DNA of 64,000 nucleotides, from the sequence record LR756502.1. One strand, 5' to 3'. Numbering within the stretch: the first letter of the stretch is position 1; each line of letters begins with the position of its first letter. Both the position numbers and the translations under genes were made by a program. The notes beneath the pieces are model-generated. The model was not told the DNA's origin, did no database searches, and saw only the letters and a list, made by a program, of their open reading frames with translations. Shown in pieces: positions 47,110-55,712 of this stretch.

Positions 47110-47502
47110 TTAATTTAATAGATTTGATATAATTTTTTCCCTATACTCTGATTTGTTAATTTCAACCTTTTTAATATTATCACTTAACCACTCAGAGAAG
47201 ATGTTCAAGTCTGTTTTGGTGATCCGTTGTATGCGATAAAATTGTGACATATTCATAGAAGACCACTCACGGCATAGTTTTATTCTGGAGCTGTGTTCCA
47301 CAGAATCCCACCAATCCTTATTCTTACCAAGAGTACTTATAACTGAGTATACCTTATTTGTGAATTTTATAAGTTGTCTATTCTCTTGTCTTCTTGATTT
47401 TCTACTGAAAGAAGAGTCAGAGTACATATTTTTGTTGGAATCATCCAACTTTAATTGGTGATTTGTTTTTGCCCTTAGTGTATGTTTATCTTTATAAATC
47501 AT
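47110..47502 (-). CDS. C-tail protein
   Basis: Ends REKIISNLLN. Confidence 0.7.
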   Translation of the reverse strand: MIYKDKHTLRAKTNHQLKLDDSNKNMYSDSSFSRKSRRQENRQLIKFTNKVYSVISTLGKNKDWWDSVEHSSRIKLCREWSSMNMSQFYRIQRITKTDLNIFSEWLSDNIKKVEINKSEYREKIISNLLN

Positions 47503-47530
47503 TATACATTGTTTAAAATTACTAACAGAT

Positions 47531-48049
47531 TTAGAAGTTAAAATGATTATCCTCTGACTCTAACCCTTGAAAAAATGAGTCCCAATCAGCTCCAACAACT
47601 ATACCTACTGTGAAGTCTAATATGTATTCGTTCCTATTTACCTCTTGAATTATAAAATCAAGTGTCGATCTCTTTGATTTTATATTTGATACTTGTGGTG
47701 AGAATAACATTCCATCCTCCCTTTTATATTGAAAAGTTATAATAAATTTAGCATTTATAGCCTCTAGTCTACTTATAGCTGATAGACACTCGGATGAGAA
47801 CTTAGATATTTCATCGAATGATACTTTAAATTGATATGATATATTTATTGGTGAATTTGACAATATTCTTGGTATATCTATACCATCCCAATCGCATGTA
47901 CTTTGGAACTCATCAGATAGATAGTATAAGCATTCGTCAATTTCTGTTTTATAGACAGATAGAACATCTTCAATATCATCCTTAAACTTATCAGTTATTT
48001 TTGTGATTTTATTTTTTAATATATCACAATGTGAATTTATCATACACAA
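47531..48049 (-). CDS. Untagged paralog of 42885-43442
   Basis: KNKITKITDKFKDDIEDVLSVYKTEIDECLYYLSDEF; probable start at 48043. Confidence 0.65.
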   Translation of the reverse strand: MCMINSHCDILKNKITKITDKFKDDIEDVLSVYKTEIDECLYYLSDEFQSTCDWDGIDIPRILSNSPINISYQFKVSFDEISKFSSECLSAISRLEAINAKFIITFQYKREDGMLFSPQVSNIKSKRSTLDFIIQEVNRNEYILDFTVGIVVGADWDSFFQGLESEDNHFNF

Positions 48050-48054
48050 ATATA
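48047..48054 (-). promoter_or_regulatory. Bacteroidota-type TAnnTTTG promoter
   Basis: TATATTTG on the minus strand. Confidence 0.55.
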
Positions 48055-48077
48055 CGGAATAAATTTTAAAACGGCAC

Positions 48078-48512
48078 TTATCTTAATCTAAGTATGTTTA
48101 TATATCCTTCAGTTATCTTAATTTCTTGACCAATCATTTCAACATCAACCTCCCACTCTGTTTTATTTATATTTGAATTTAGATAATCATTGAATGATGA
48201 TTTGTTAATTCTCGCATACTCGAAGCATTTTTCCATATCATCTAGTGTAAACTTCTTCTCATCTGATAGACATTGCTCATATCCTTCCTCAAAACCGAAC
48301 TGTCTGCCATCCTGAACTTTAACATCGTGGTCTCTATATAAAGATCCATACTTAAATGATAAATCACTAATATTAACTGATGTATCTCCCCAAAGTTCAA
48401 TTAGTTGATATGTTTTAATCATTGGTATTCCTTCTATTTTTAATGTAGATGCTATCTTAGTGCTATCACTGTTTAATAGGTGGTAGTTATCATTAACTTG
48501 TATTAGTTTCAT
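48078..48512 (-). CDS. Hypothetical protein
   Basis: 144 aa; FEEGYEQC...FTLDDMEKCF. Confidence 0.6.
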   Translation of the reverse strand: MKLIQVNDNYHLLNSDSTKIASTLKIEGIPMIKTYQLIELWGDTSVNISDLSFKYGSLYRDHDVKVQDGRQFGFEEGYEQCLSDEKKFTLDDMEKCFEYARINKSSFNDYLNSNINKTEWEVDVEMIGQEIKITEGYINILRLR

Positions 48513-48519
48513 TTGTTTT

Positions 48520-48903
48520 TTATTTTTTTTCTAGAATAGATATATCAATATCTGATAGTGAGTCTATACCCATTTCATTTATCTTGTCTAATACGATATC
48601 TTTAGTTAGATTATCCTCGATGAATTTATAGAAGTTTTCATCTTCCACTATTTCTTTACCAAGAAGTAATTTTTCAGTAACATCTTCCACCTCAAATGAT
48701 ATATCATATTTTCTTAGGATATCAGACATTCTATCTAAAACTTTTTTATTAGATATTAAGTAAGTGCCAATAAAACCATCTTCGATAAAGTCAACCGCTA
48801 TCATATTAAAATCATGAATTTCTTTTTCTTCTTCTCGAGTTAATAGGAAGTTTGTGTCACTATCCTCCGGGAGTTTTGTGACTATTTTATAAACACTTTG
48901 CAT
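48520..48903 (-). CDS. Hypothetical protein with a DUF6576-like C-terminal helix (tentative)
   Basis: DIVLDKINEMGIDSLSDIDISIL resembles the ILDKIxxxGxxSL motif. Confidence 0.45.
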   Translation of the reverse strand: MQSVYKIVTKLPEDSDTNFLLTREEEKEIHDFNMIAVDFIEDGFIGTYLISNKKVLDRMSDILRKYDISFEVEDVTEKLLLGKEIVEDENFYKFIEDNLTKDIVLDKINEMGIDSLSDIDISILEKK

Positions 48904-48906
48904 AAA

Positions 48907-49521
48907 TTACTTGGTATTTCTAAATGAGTGTTTGAAATCAAATCCTCTACTAATTATCTTTTCTTTATCTGTTTGGTTGTTTGGTATATCTTTTGTTCTT
49001 GATAAGAAGTCGTATATCATTTGCCAAATTTGATCGGGTGTATAAACATTTTTCATGTTATAATCTTTAAGAATTGGGAATTTAGAAAACCTATGTCCTT
49101 TATGCTCAAGATCACCCAACGCGTCCTCTATAAGAATAGGGCAATTAAATATATCATTAACTAACCAGTCTGGATTTTGCTTTGTTGGTAGTTTTAGAAA
49201 TGGTATATTTGATGCATTCCTGATATGTTGGTCTAGTTTTATGTAGTAGTTTCTATCTTTTATACCACCTGGATTCCAATAGTACCATTTTTTCTTATTT
49301 TCTTCTATATCAAATTGAGCCAATTGGTCAGTAAAGTAAAAAGCACCTCCTCTGTATAATCCATCAATAACCTGTCCACAGATATGAAATGTTATCTTTG
49401 TGTCCATTGAATAGTCCTTGGTTATTTTAAAATCGGTTCTATCAAGTATTAATTTCTCATCAATACCATATATACCAACCAAGTAGTCATAGTAATCTTT
49501 ATATTTAGATATAATTTTCAT
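48907..49521 (-). CDS. Conserved phage hypothetical protein
   Basis: MKIISKYKDYYDYL...DKEKIISRGFDFKHSFR pattern, recalled from many phages. Confidence 0.6.
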   Translation of the reverse strand: MKIISKYKDYYDYLVGIYGIDEKLILDRTDFKITKDYSMDTKITFHICGQVIDGLYRGGAFYFTDQLAQFDIEENKKKWYYWNPGGIKDRNYYIKLDQHIRNASNIPFLKLPTKQNPDWLVNDIFNCPILIEDALGDLEHKGHRFSKFPILKDYNMKNVYTPDQIWQMIYDFLSRTKDIPNNQTDKEKIISRGFDFKHSFRNTK

Positions 49522-49540
49522 AGCGCTTTATATATTATCA

Positions 49541-49548
49541 CAAATATA
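49541..49548 (-). promoter_or_regulatory. Bacteroidota-type TAnnTTTG promoter
   Basis: TATATTTG on the minus strand, about 20 nt upstream of 49521. Confidence 0.55.
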
Positions 49549-49603
49549 TGGATAATAATTTATATTCAAGTATATAGTTATGTTTATAATTTATATATAA
49601 TAT

Positions 49604-49858
49604 ATGAAACATATAAGATCATATAAAATATTTGATTCAATTACTAGTAAAAAATTACTTGAATATGATACAACCAAAGGATCTTTATATGCTTATGATA
49701 AGAGAGCGATTACAGTTGGGTCCGAAGTAATTGAGCCATTAAAAGAGTTTCTTTATAATTGTAAGGATTGTGGTATTGAGTTTTACTCTATTAGAAATGA
49801 TGATGTTGTTTGTAAAAGGTGTGAATCTGATAATGTATGTCCAGTAATATATGAATAG
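49604..49858 (+). CDS. N-tagged zinc-ribbon protein
   Basis: MKHIRSYKIFDS; CKDCG...CKRCES. Confidence 0.65.
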   Translation: MKHIRSYKIFDSITSKKLLEYDTTKGSLYAYDKRAITVGSEVIEPLKEFLYNCKDCGIEFYSIRNDDVVCKRCESDNVCPVIYE

Positions 49859-49941
49859 TATGAATGTAATTTTTCAACAATTAAACAATTTAGGAGATTT
49901 GTATATAAGTAATATATAAAACAAAATATAATAACGAAATT

Positions 49942-50214
49942 ATGAAAAAATCAACACTTTTATTATTAACACTGATGGTTATAATGTTATCATCATTTAA
50001 ACTAAGAGATAATTATCCTTGTCATCCAAACGGTGATTTGGGTCCTTGTACTCATCCTATGCACCCGAGAGGTGACTTAGGGGCATGTACTCATATATTT
50101 TATGATGCTTGGGGAAATTTATGTTACCAACATGTTGGTGGTGATGTTTATCCTTGTACACATCCATTACATTATATTGGTGATGTTTATCCTTGTGTTC
50201 ACTTCTGTTACTAA
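49942..50214 (+). CDS. Exported Cys/His-repeat peptide
   Basis: Signal peptide followed by repeated (G-D-x-x-P)-C-x-H-x-x-H units. Confidence 0.7.
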   Translation: MKKSTLLLLTLMVIMLSSFKLRDNYPCHPNGDLGPCTHPMHPRGDLGACTHIFYDAWGNLCYQHVGGDVYPCTHPLHYIGDVYPCVHFCY

Positions 50215-50234
50215 TTATAGAGTTAGAATAAAAT

Positions 50235-50269
50235 AAAAAAATCTGGGCCAATTGGTTCAGATTTTTTTT
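50235..50269. terminator. Bidirectional intrinsic terminator
   Basis: AAAAAAATCTGGGCC-AATT-GGTTCAGATTTTTTTT between convergent genes. Confidence 0.8.
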
Positions 50270-50594
50270 ATACTCCTATTTCATTTAGTCTAATCTGTCT
50301 TACATCTCCAATTGCGTGATTTATATAAAGTTTGAACGTGGCTTTGTGGTATTCTGTTGACCACTGACTTCTATTGCCATTAATTGAGTAGTGGTCATCA
50401 ACTATATTATAAATATCAATGAAGTCACTGAAGTTGCTTAAAAGAAATAGAAGTTTCTGGTAGGATCGGCTGTCATAATATGTATAGTCCTTAAATGGAT
50501 ATTTATGCCCATGAGCATTTGATATATCGCAACATATACCAATTATCTCCGACATGACCTTTACCCTAACCCACTCTTTAGCCTCTTTTTTCAT
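50268..50594 (-). CDS. C-tail protein
   Basis: Ends RQIRLNEIGV. Confidence 0.7.
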   Translation of the reverse strand: MKKEAKEWVRVKVMSEIIGICCDISNAHGHKYPFKDYTYYDSRSYQKLLFLLSNFSDFIDIYNIVDDHYSINGNRSQWSTEYHKATFKLYINHAIGDVRQIRLNEIGV

Positions 50595-50935
50595 TTATCC
50601 AGTATATTATCTATATTTATATCTCTCATCTCTTCAACGGTGTAGAAGAAAATGGAGAATCTATTATGTTCTCCACCATATTTATCATTTCTATAAAACT
50701 CCGGACCGTCGGGTGATGATAGTTCTCTATATTCACAAGGATCTCCTTTGAAGTTCAATATTTTATAGTATTTTACTCCAGCGACAGCATTAATGTTTTG
50801 CGAGCAGTCATCATCAAACTCATACCATTCATCAACATTTAGATTTATATAATATTTCTCATGCCATTGAAACCCAGTATGGCTACCAAAATCATTATAT
50901 TTATTATTCTTACATATGGTTTTAAATCTACCCAT
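50591..50935 (-). CDS. C-tail SH3-like protein, paralog of 4265-4588
   Basis: CKNNKYNDFGSHTGF; ends RDINIDNILDK. Confidence 0.7.
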   Translation of the reverse strand: MGRFKTICKNNKYNDFGSHTGFQWHEKYYINLNVDEWYEFDDDCSQNINAVAGVKYYKILNFKGDPCEYRELSSPDGPEFYRNDKYGGEHNRFSIFFYTVEEMRDINIDNILDK

Positions 50936-51386
50936 TACAAAGTAGTTTACTTATTTTCATATCTCTATCTAATTTAACCTCATCAATTGTATCATATAAT
51001 GATCCATTGAATATAAAAATATCTCCATCAACAAAACTTAATGATACCTTATATCTATTTAAAAAATACTTACCACTCTTCCACTCAACAATATATCTAT
51101 CAATTAGATATTGCCCAATGTGATTAAGTATATTTTTTATTAACAAGTCATCAAGTAATTTAAATTCAATCATAATCATATGTGTTGTTGTGTCTTGGAT
51201 ATCACACCATTCATGACAAAGCTTGTGTATTATTCTCGTCGGTGCACTCTCCAAGTATCCAAATTTATCAGTCCTTCTTGGCTTGCTTCGTTTAGAAAAG
51301 CTCCTGTATTGGTCGGTTACACGGATATACCTGTCATATACATGTGACCTTTCCACATTTATTCCTTCATAAAAGCTAAATATCAT
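50928..51386 (-). CDS. C-tail protein
   Basis: Ends RDMKISKLLCNG. Confidence 0.7.
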   Translation of the reverse strand: MIFSFYEGINVERSHVYDRYIRVTDQYRSFSKRSKPRRTDKFGYLESAPTRIIHKLCHEWCDIQDTTTHMIMIEFKLLDDLLIKNILNHIGQYLIDRYIVEWKSGKYFLNRYKVSLSFVDGDIFIFNGSLYDTIDEVKLDRDMKISKLLCNG

Positions 51387-51439
51387 TTTATAAATATACG
51401 AATTAATATATACTTAAATATAAAAAAATAAATAATAAA

Positions 51440-51727
51440 ATGGAAAAAGAAAGAGTAGAACAAATAAAAATGGAACTAATCGATAATATTGAGAATGGTT
51501 CTGGTTTATCAGTTGAAGCATCACAAGATATACTTGATATGTTGGAGAACATATACAGAGATAGTTCATTATCAAAGGACACAACTCCTATGATTGGAAC
51601 AAACCCATTTAGATCTTCAGATTCAGATTCAAAATCATCAACAGACAAATCATCTAAAGACTTTAATGATGTATTAAACTACAGAGTTCAGAAGTTTAAT
51701 GAATTTGATAAAGAAGAAGGTCAGTAA
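51440..51727 (+). CDS. Hypothetical protein
   Basis: 95 aa; TAATATATA at 51404-51412. Confidence 0.6.
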   Translation: MEKERVEQIKMELIDNIENGSGLSVEASQDILDMLENIYRDSSLSKDTTPMIGTNPFRSSDSDSKSSTDKSSKDFNDVLNYRVQKFNEFDKEEGQ

Positions 51728-51732
51728 TTCTA

Positions 51733-51987
51733 ATGAAATATTTAGAATCATATCAAATATTTGAGTCCAAGTCATCTGTTAAGTTTACTAAACAACCGCA
51801 GAAAAAGGGAGCAAAGACAGATACCTATAATGTGTCCAAAGGAGGTAAAGTAATTGGTCAGGTAAAATGGTTAAGTAGAATGAGGGGATATGCTTTCTTA
51901 CCTACATCTGATTGTGATTCACAAATAAAAGATTTTGTTAAAGACCTAATGAAAAAGAGAAGGGAATCTAAGAAAAAGACTACTTAA
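51733..51987 (+). CDS. N-tagged small basic protein
   Basis: MKYLESYQIFES; IGQVKWLSRMRGYAFLP. Confidence 0.7.
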   Translation: MKYLESYQIFESKSSVKFTKQPQKKGAKTDTYNVSKGGKVIGQVKWLSRMRGYAFLPTSDCDSQIKDFVKDLMKKRRESKKKTT

Positions 51988-51992
51988 AATAA

Positions 51993-52023
51993 TCTCCGAT
52001 AGTATGATTAGTATTATCGGAGA
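51993..52023. terminator. Hairpin between convergent genes (probable terminator)
   Basis: TCTCCGATAGTA-loop-TATTATCGGAGA. Confidence 0.6.
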
Positions 52024-52877
52024 AGTTTTATTGTAATCTTCATAGAGTCTATGGTAATCTTTTCCTTCTTATCCTTAAAGATATCAACATTTATTCTACT
52101 CTCAACCTTACCATCATCTGTCACGGTGACGTCCTTGACCTCACAAACCTCAATATCACATTTAAATTCTATTAGTTTATTACCCCATCTATCATATATT
52201 TCATCACCTTTTATAACAACTCTTTGGTTATTTCTTTTACATTCATTATAAATTTCATTAATAAATGAATTGTATATGCCCATTAAATACTTCTTATCAT
52301 CCTTACTATCTGAGTTTGTTATTCTTGTAATAAGTTCTCTATATGAGAATCTCTCCAACCACTGGTCACCTTTGGCCTTTATATCGAAAAATATTTCATC
52401 ATCACGCTCAAAAGATATTTTGTCTATTTTATAATACTCATCTTTAATATCTCTCAATATTATAAAGTCAAAAACCTCTTGGAAGTCTATTGGGTATTTA
52501 ATTTCTTCCAAACTAAATGATATTCTAATATTTATTTCATTGATATCTTTCATTGATAGGAACACACTAACATCATCTGAACTAAAACTACTGAAGAAGT
52601 TGCAAACATTCTGTATATCCTTCAGTGTGTCTAAACTGAACTTGGTTAGAGTTTCTCTAACATCTTTATACTTAACATCATCTCTCTTTAATTCTATCTC
52701 TAATGTAGGATAATAGCTGGATTTTTTCTTTGGTTTATATTTTATATGACCGGTACTTGGTATATGATTAGCTTTGATAGATAATTTATATCCAATGTCG
52801 GTTAGACACTTACAAGCATTATTAATATCATTCTCGGATGTTACTAACTCGGTAAAGAATTTATCGATATTTGTCAT
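52014..52877 (-). CDS. Hypothetical 287-aa protein (possible divergent N-tag)
   Basis: MTNIDKFFTE; TAATATATA at 52882-52890. Confidence 0.6.
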   Translation of the reverse strand: MTNIDKFFTELVTSENDINNACKCLTDIGYKLSIKANHIPSTGHIKYKPKKKSSYYPTLEIELKRDDVKYKDVRETLTKFSLDTLKDIQNVCNFFSSFSSDDVSVFLSMKDINEINIRISFSLEEIKYPIDFQEVFDFIILRDIKDEYYKIDKISFERDDEIFFDIKAKGDQWLERFSYRELITRITNSDSKDDKKYLMGIYNSFINEIYNECKRNNQRVVIKGDEIYDRWGNKLIEFKCDIEVCEVKDVTVTDDGKVESRINVDIFKDKKEKITIDSMKITIKLLR

Positions 52878-52914
52878 AAAGTATATATTAATAAACTATC
52901 GTTTATTTAAAATA

Positions 52915-52944
52915 AAAAAGTCCCAGTTATTACTGGGACTTTTT
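52915..52944 (-). terminator. Intrinsic terminator of the SPFH operon
   Basis: AAAAAGTCCCAGT-TATT-ACTGGGACTTTTT, perfect stem. Confidence 0.85.
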
Positions 52945-52960
52945 ATTAATTACTTATGTT

Positions 52961-53824
52961 TTACTTTGTTGTTGGTACCGTAACAACTGGTTTTGAATTA
53001 TCATCCGATACGATTAGGTTGATATTCGCCGCATTTGGACTCTTAATAATTTCACCAAGAACCTCCCACTTACGAATCTGAATATATCCTGGGTTATTTT
53101 TAATAGCTGCTCCGATTGCCTCAATTGAAGCAACTTTATTCAGAGATGCTTCTTTCTCATTTTTGCTGGCCCATATAGTTTCATCTTCTTTGACGTTTGA
53201 TAGTTGGATGTCAATTAGGTCAAGTGGAACATTTGCATTTTTGAATACATCATTAGCCATCAATCCTATTTCAGCATTAACCTTATCAAAGTTATCCATT
53301 ACATCTTGGTAGTCTTTATACTTGGCAAAAATACCACGAACTTTTCCACGTATAGTCATTTTAGCAAATCGTTCGTAAACATCTTCTAAATATATAACAG
53401 ACACTCTATCTTGAGTAGTTCCGTTTGATACATATGGTACTGGTGTAACAGAAGCGAATGCATTCTCTCGTAGTTTTAATTCTTTAGGAACACGTAACTG
53501 GACATATATATCTACTGTTAGTGGACTTGTCTTAGTCATTACTCGGTGGTCCTCTTTATCATCTTTATTACCATTTGATCCAGCCTGACCAAATGACTCT
53601 TTTGATGTGATTGTTGTTGATTCTAATAGAACAAGTGAGGTTGATTGTCCATTACTAGCTACCTCTCCAAGGTCTACCTGACCAGCTTCTAATATACCAG
53701 AGGAGAATCCTGTTGGTGTTAATAGTTTTGCTGTGAATCCTGATGGGATGTTCGATACGTGGTTACTACAACTAGTAAATAGTGTAGTTATCGCAATAAG
53801 TGTAATAAAAATAATTTTCTTCAT
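52961..53824 (-). CDS. SPFH/Band-7 domain lipoprotein
   Basis: Lipobox LFTSC; VDIYVQLRV, IRGKVRGIF..Y and IDIQLSNV SPFH-like pattern; YIQIRKWEVL tail. Confidence 0.7.
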   Translation of the reverse strand: MKKIIFITLIAITTLFTSCSNHVSNIPSGFTAKLLTPTGFSSGILEAGQVDLGEVASNGQSTSLVLLESTTITSKESFGQAGSNGNKDDKEDHRVMTKTSPLTVDIYVQLRVPKELKLRENAFASVTPVPYVSNGTTQDRVSVIYLEDVYERFAKMTIRGKVRGIFAKYKDYQDVMDNFDKVNAEIGLMANDVFKNANVPLDLIDIQLSNVKEDETIWASKNEKEASLNKVASIEAIGAAIKNNPGYIQIRKWEVLGEIIKSPNAANINLIVSDDNSKPVVTVPTTK

Positions 53825-53848
53825 TTTTAAAGTTTTAGTTGGTTAGTA

Positions 53849-54154
53849 TTATCGTTTGTTGGTTGTTGTGTCGTTTGAAAGACGTGAATCAAAATTCACC
53901 TTTCCCTCATCTTGTATAGATTTATCAATTGATGTTCTTGAAATTCCATTAACTGATGCAATGTTTATCACATAGGTAATAAACATAATGGATGATACTG
54001 CGGTAATAATTAGGAACATCCTTTTTATTGGATTATAGGAATATCCTTTTAACATTGATTGGGTTACATTCCTCATTATAATTAAATAGGCCACCAAGGA
54101 TATAATGAGAAATAGTGAAAATCCTAGGATTGATGGTAGTAGTTGTCTTAACAT
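53849..54154 (-). CDS. 2-TM membrane protein, putative SPFH partner
   Basis: Two TM helices; immediately upstream of the SPFH gene. Confidence 0.65.
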   Translation of the reverse strand: MLRQLLPSILGFSLFLIISLVAYLIIMRNVTQSMLKGYSYNPIKRMFLIITAVSSIMFITYVINIASVNGISRTSIDKSIQDEGKVNFDSRLSNDTTTNKR

Positions 54155-54210
54155 AGTTTTTGGTTTTAGTGATAATTATTTATATTTGAATTTCCTTGGT
54201 TTGAAGTAAT

Positions 54211-54714
54211 TTAAAATACTACTTTTTCTGATATTGGGAATGTATTTATTAAATTAGTGAAGAATATCATGCTAGCATTATCGTTTATGAAGTACATTAC
54301 AAATACATATGATGGATTTCCGTTTTCATCCATTTGATCTTCATTAACATCGATTATAATCTTAATATTTTCATATTCTCTATCATTGTCTGTAAATTTA
54401 TACAATCTACCAGGTATATGCCTCCAATCACCTGTCTTCCTTATTTTTTTTAAATATCCAAGGAATACAAGGCTTTCCTCACCCTTATCTATCCCGATCA
54501 TTTCATGTTTGGTACTATCTCTAAAGGCGATTATATTACCTAACTTAAATGTATCTGTCATATCGATTATGGTATCTTTACCTCCTTCGGTTTTACCAGT
54601 CAACATGACGGTATTTATTTTAAATGAAATGGCATTTATTGATTTTGGAATAAACTGAGCAAGTACTGAATTTGCTACTAATATAAGCATTAGAGTTATT
54701 TTGAATGTTCTCAT
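54211..54714 (-). CDS. Exported beta-rich protein
   Basis: Signal MRTFKITLMLILVANSVLAQ. Confidence 0.6.
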   Translation of the reverse strand: MRTFKITLMLILVANSVLAQFIPKSINAISFKINTVMLTGKTEGGKDTIIDMTDTFKLGNIIAFRDSTKHEMIGIDKGEESLVFLGYLKKIRKTGDWRHIPGRLYKFTDNDREYENIKIIIDVNEDQMDENGNPSYVFVMYFINDNASMIFFTNLINTFPISEKVVF

Positions 54715-54732
54715 TTTTTATTATTATTTATA

Positions 54733-54740
54733 CAAATATA
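54733..54740 (-). promoter_or_regulatory. Bacteroidota-type TAnnTTTG promoter
   Basis: TATATTTG on the minus strand, upstream of 54714. Confidence 0.6.
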
Positions 54741-54781
54741 AGAACTATAATCCAATTATACTAATTTTATATATAATATTA

Positions 54782-55264
54782 ATGAGACATATAAAGTATT
54801 ATAGGGGTTTTGAGTCAACGTCATTAAAAGATGATATTTTGTTATATGTTCGTGATATACTTTCCGATATTTCTGATGATGGGTTTGGTATTGAGTTTAG
54901 TATTAAAAGTATGATGCCTACAAAGTATGTATCATCTAGACTAATGCCTAGTAGGGTTAAGGATTTTAGTGTTAGAATATCAGCTCCTATTAGTCCAAAA
55001 TTGAAATTTAGTAATGATTTTAAATTTGGTGATGTTAGTGGGTGTATAAATCATCTAATATCATTCATGGCAGATAATGGATATAAACAAGGTGGTATTT
55101 ACTCTGATTGGACTGGTGTCTGTCCAAGTGAGAAATCACATGCTTATAAAGTATTTACTGCAGACCGTGGTGATAAACTCATTTATCTGAATATTGATAG
55201 TCTTAATTCAGATAGTATAATATCAAACTATATAGAGATTTACTTTTATAATAAGGTGCTTTAG
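54782..55264 (+). CDS. N-tagged DILxDLxDxG-family protein (start revised to 54782)
   Basis: MRHIKYYRGFES; VRDILSDISDDGF...FKFGDVSGCINHLISFMADNGY. Confidence 0.7.
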   Translation: MRHIKYYRGFESTSLKDDILLYVRDILSDISDDGFGIEFSIKSMMPTKYVSSRLMPSRVKDFSVRISAPISPKLKFSNDFKFGDVSGCINHLISFMADNGYKQGGIYSDWTGVCPSEKSHAYKVFTADRGDKLIYLNIDSLNSDSIISNYIEIYFYNKVL

Positions 55265-55272
55265 TAAAAATA

Positions 55273-55680
55273 CTAAAACTTAATAATAAACCCTGTTGAA
55301 TACTGATTTGTTTTGTATCTTGATCCCATAATGAGGGTCCTTGTTGTTAATCTAAGATCTCGGGTTAGATAGAATTTAGCTCTAACATCATACTTAAATA
55401 TACTTAGGTATTCATCTGTTATATCATCATCATTAAAGGAATCAACATCATTTCCATCGATATTAAATTCATCCTCATTAATTCTTGTTGAGAAAGTTAT
55501 TTTTACGTTTCTAAGAACATAAGTATCTACATAATCATTTGATTGGTTAGTGTACCTAAGGTTAATATTATAAATTGAGGTAGAGTCCATTATATGATCA
55601 TATTTAGTGCTTAGTGATAGTTGAGCACTTGTTGATAATGATATTAACAACAATAGTAGTATTAATCTATATTTATACAT
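55273..55680 (-). CDS. Putative small outer-membrane beta-barrel protein
   Basis: Sec signal (LISLSTSAQ), alternating beta-strands, C-terminal YSTGFIIKF ending in Phe. Confidence 0.5.
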   Translation of the reverse strand: MYKYRLILLLLLISLSTSAQLSLSTKYDHIMDSTSIYNINLRYTNQSNDYVDTYVLRNVKITFSTRINEDEFNIDGNDVDSFNDDDITDEYLSIFKYDVRAKFYLTRDLRLTTRTLIMGSRYKTNQYSTGFIIKF

Positions 55681-55712
55681 TAATGGTTATATCTAATTAT
55701 ATAATAATTGTT

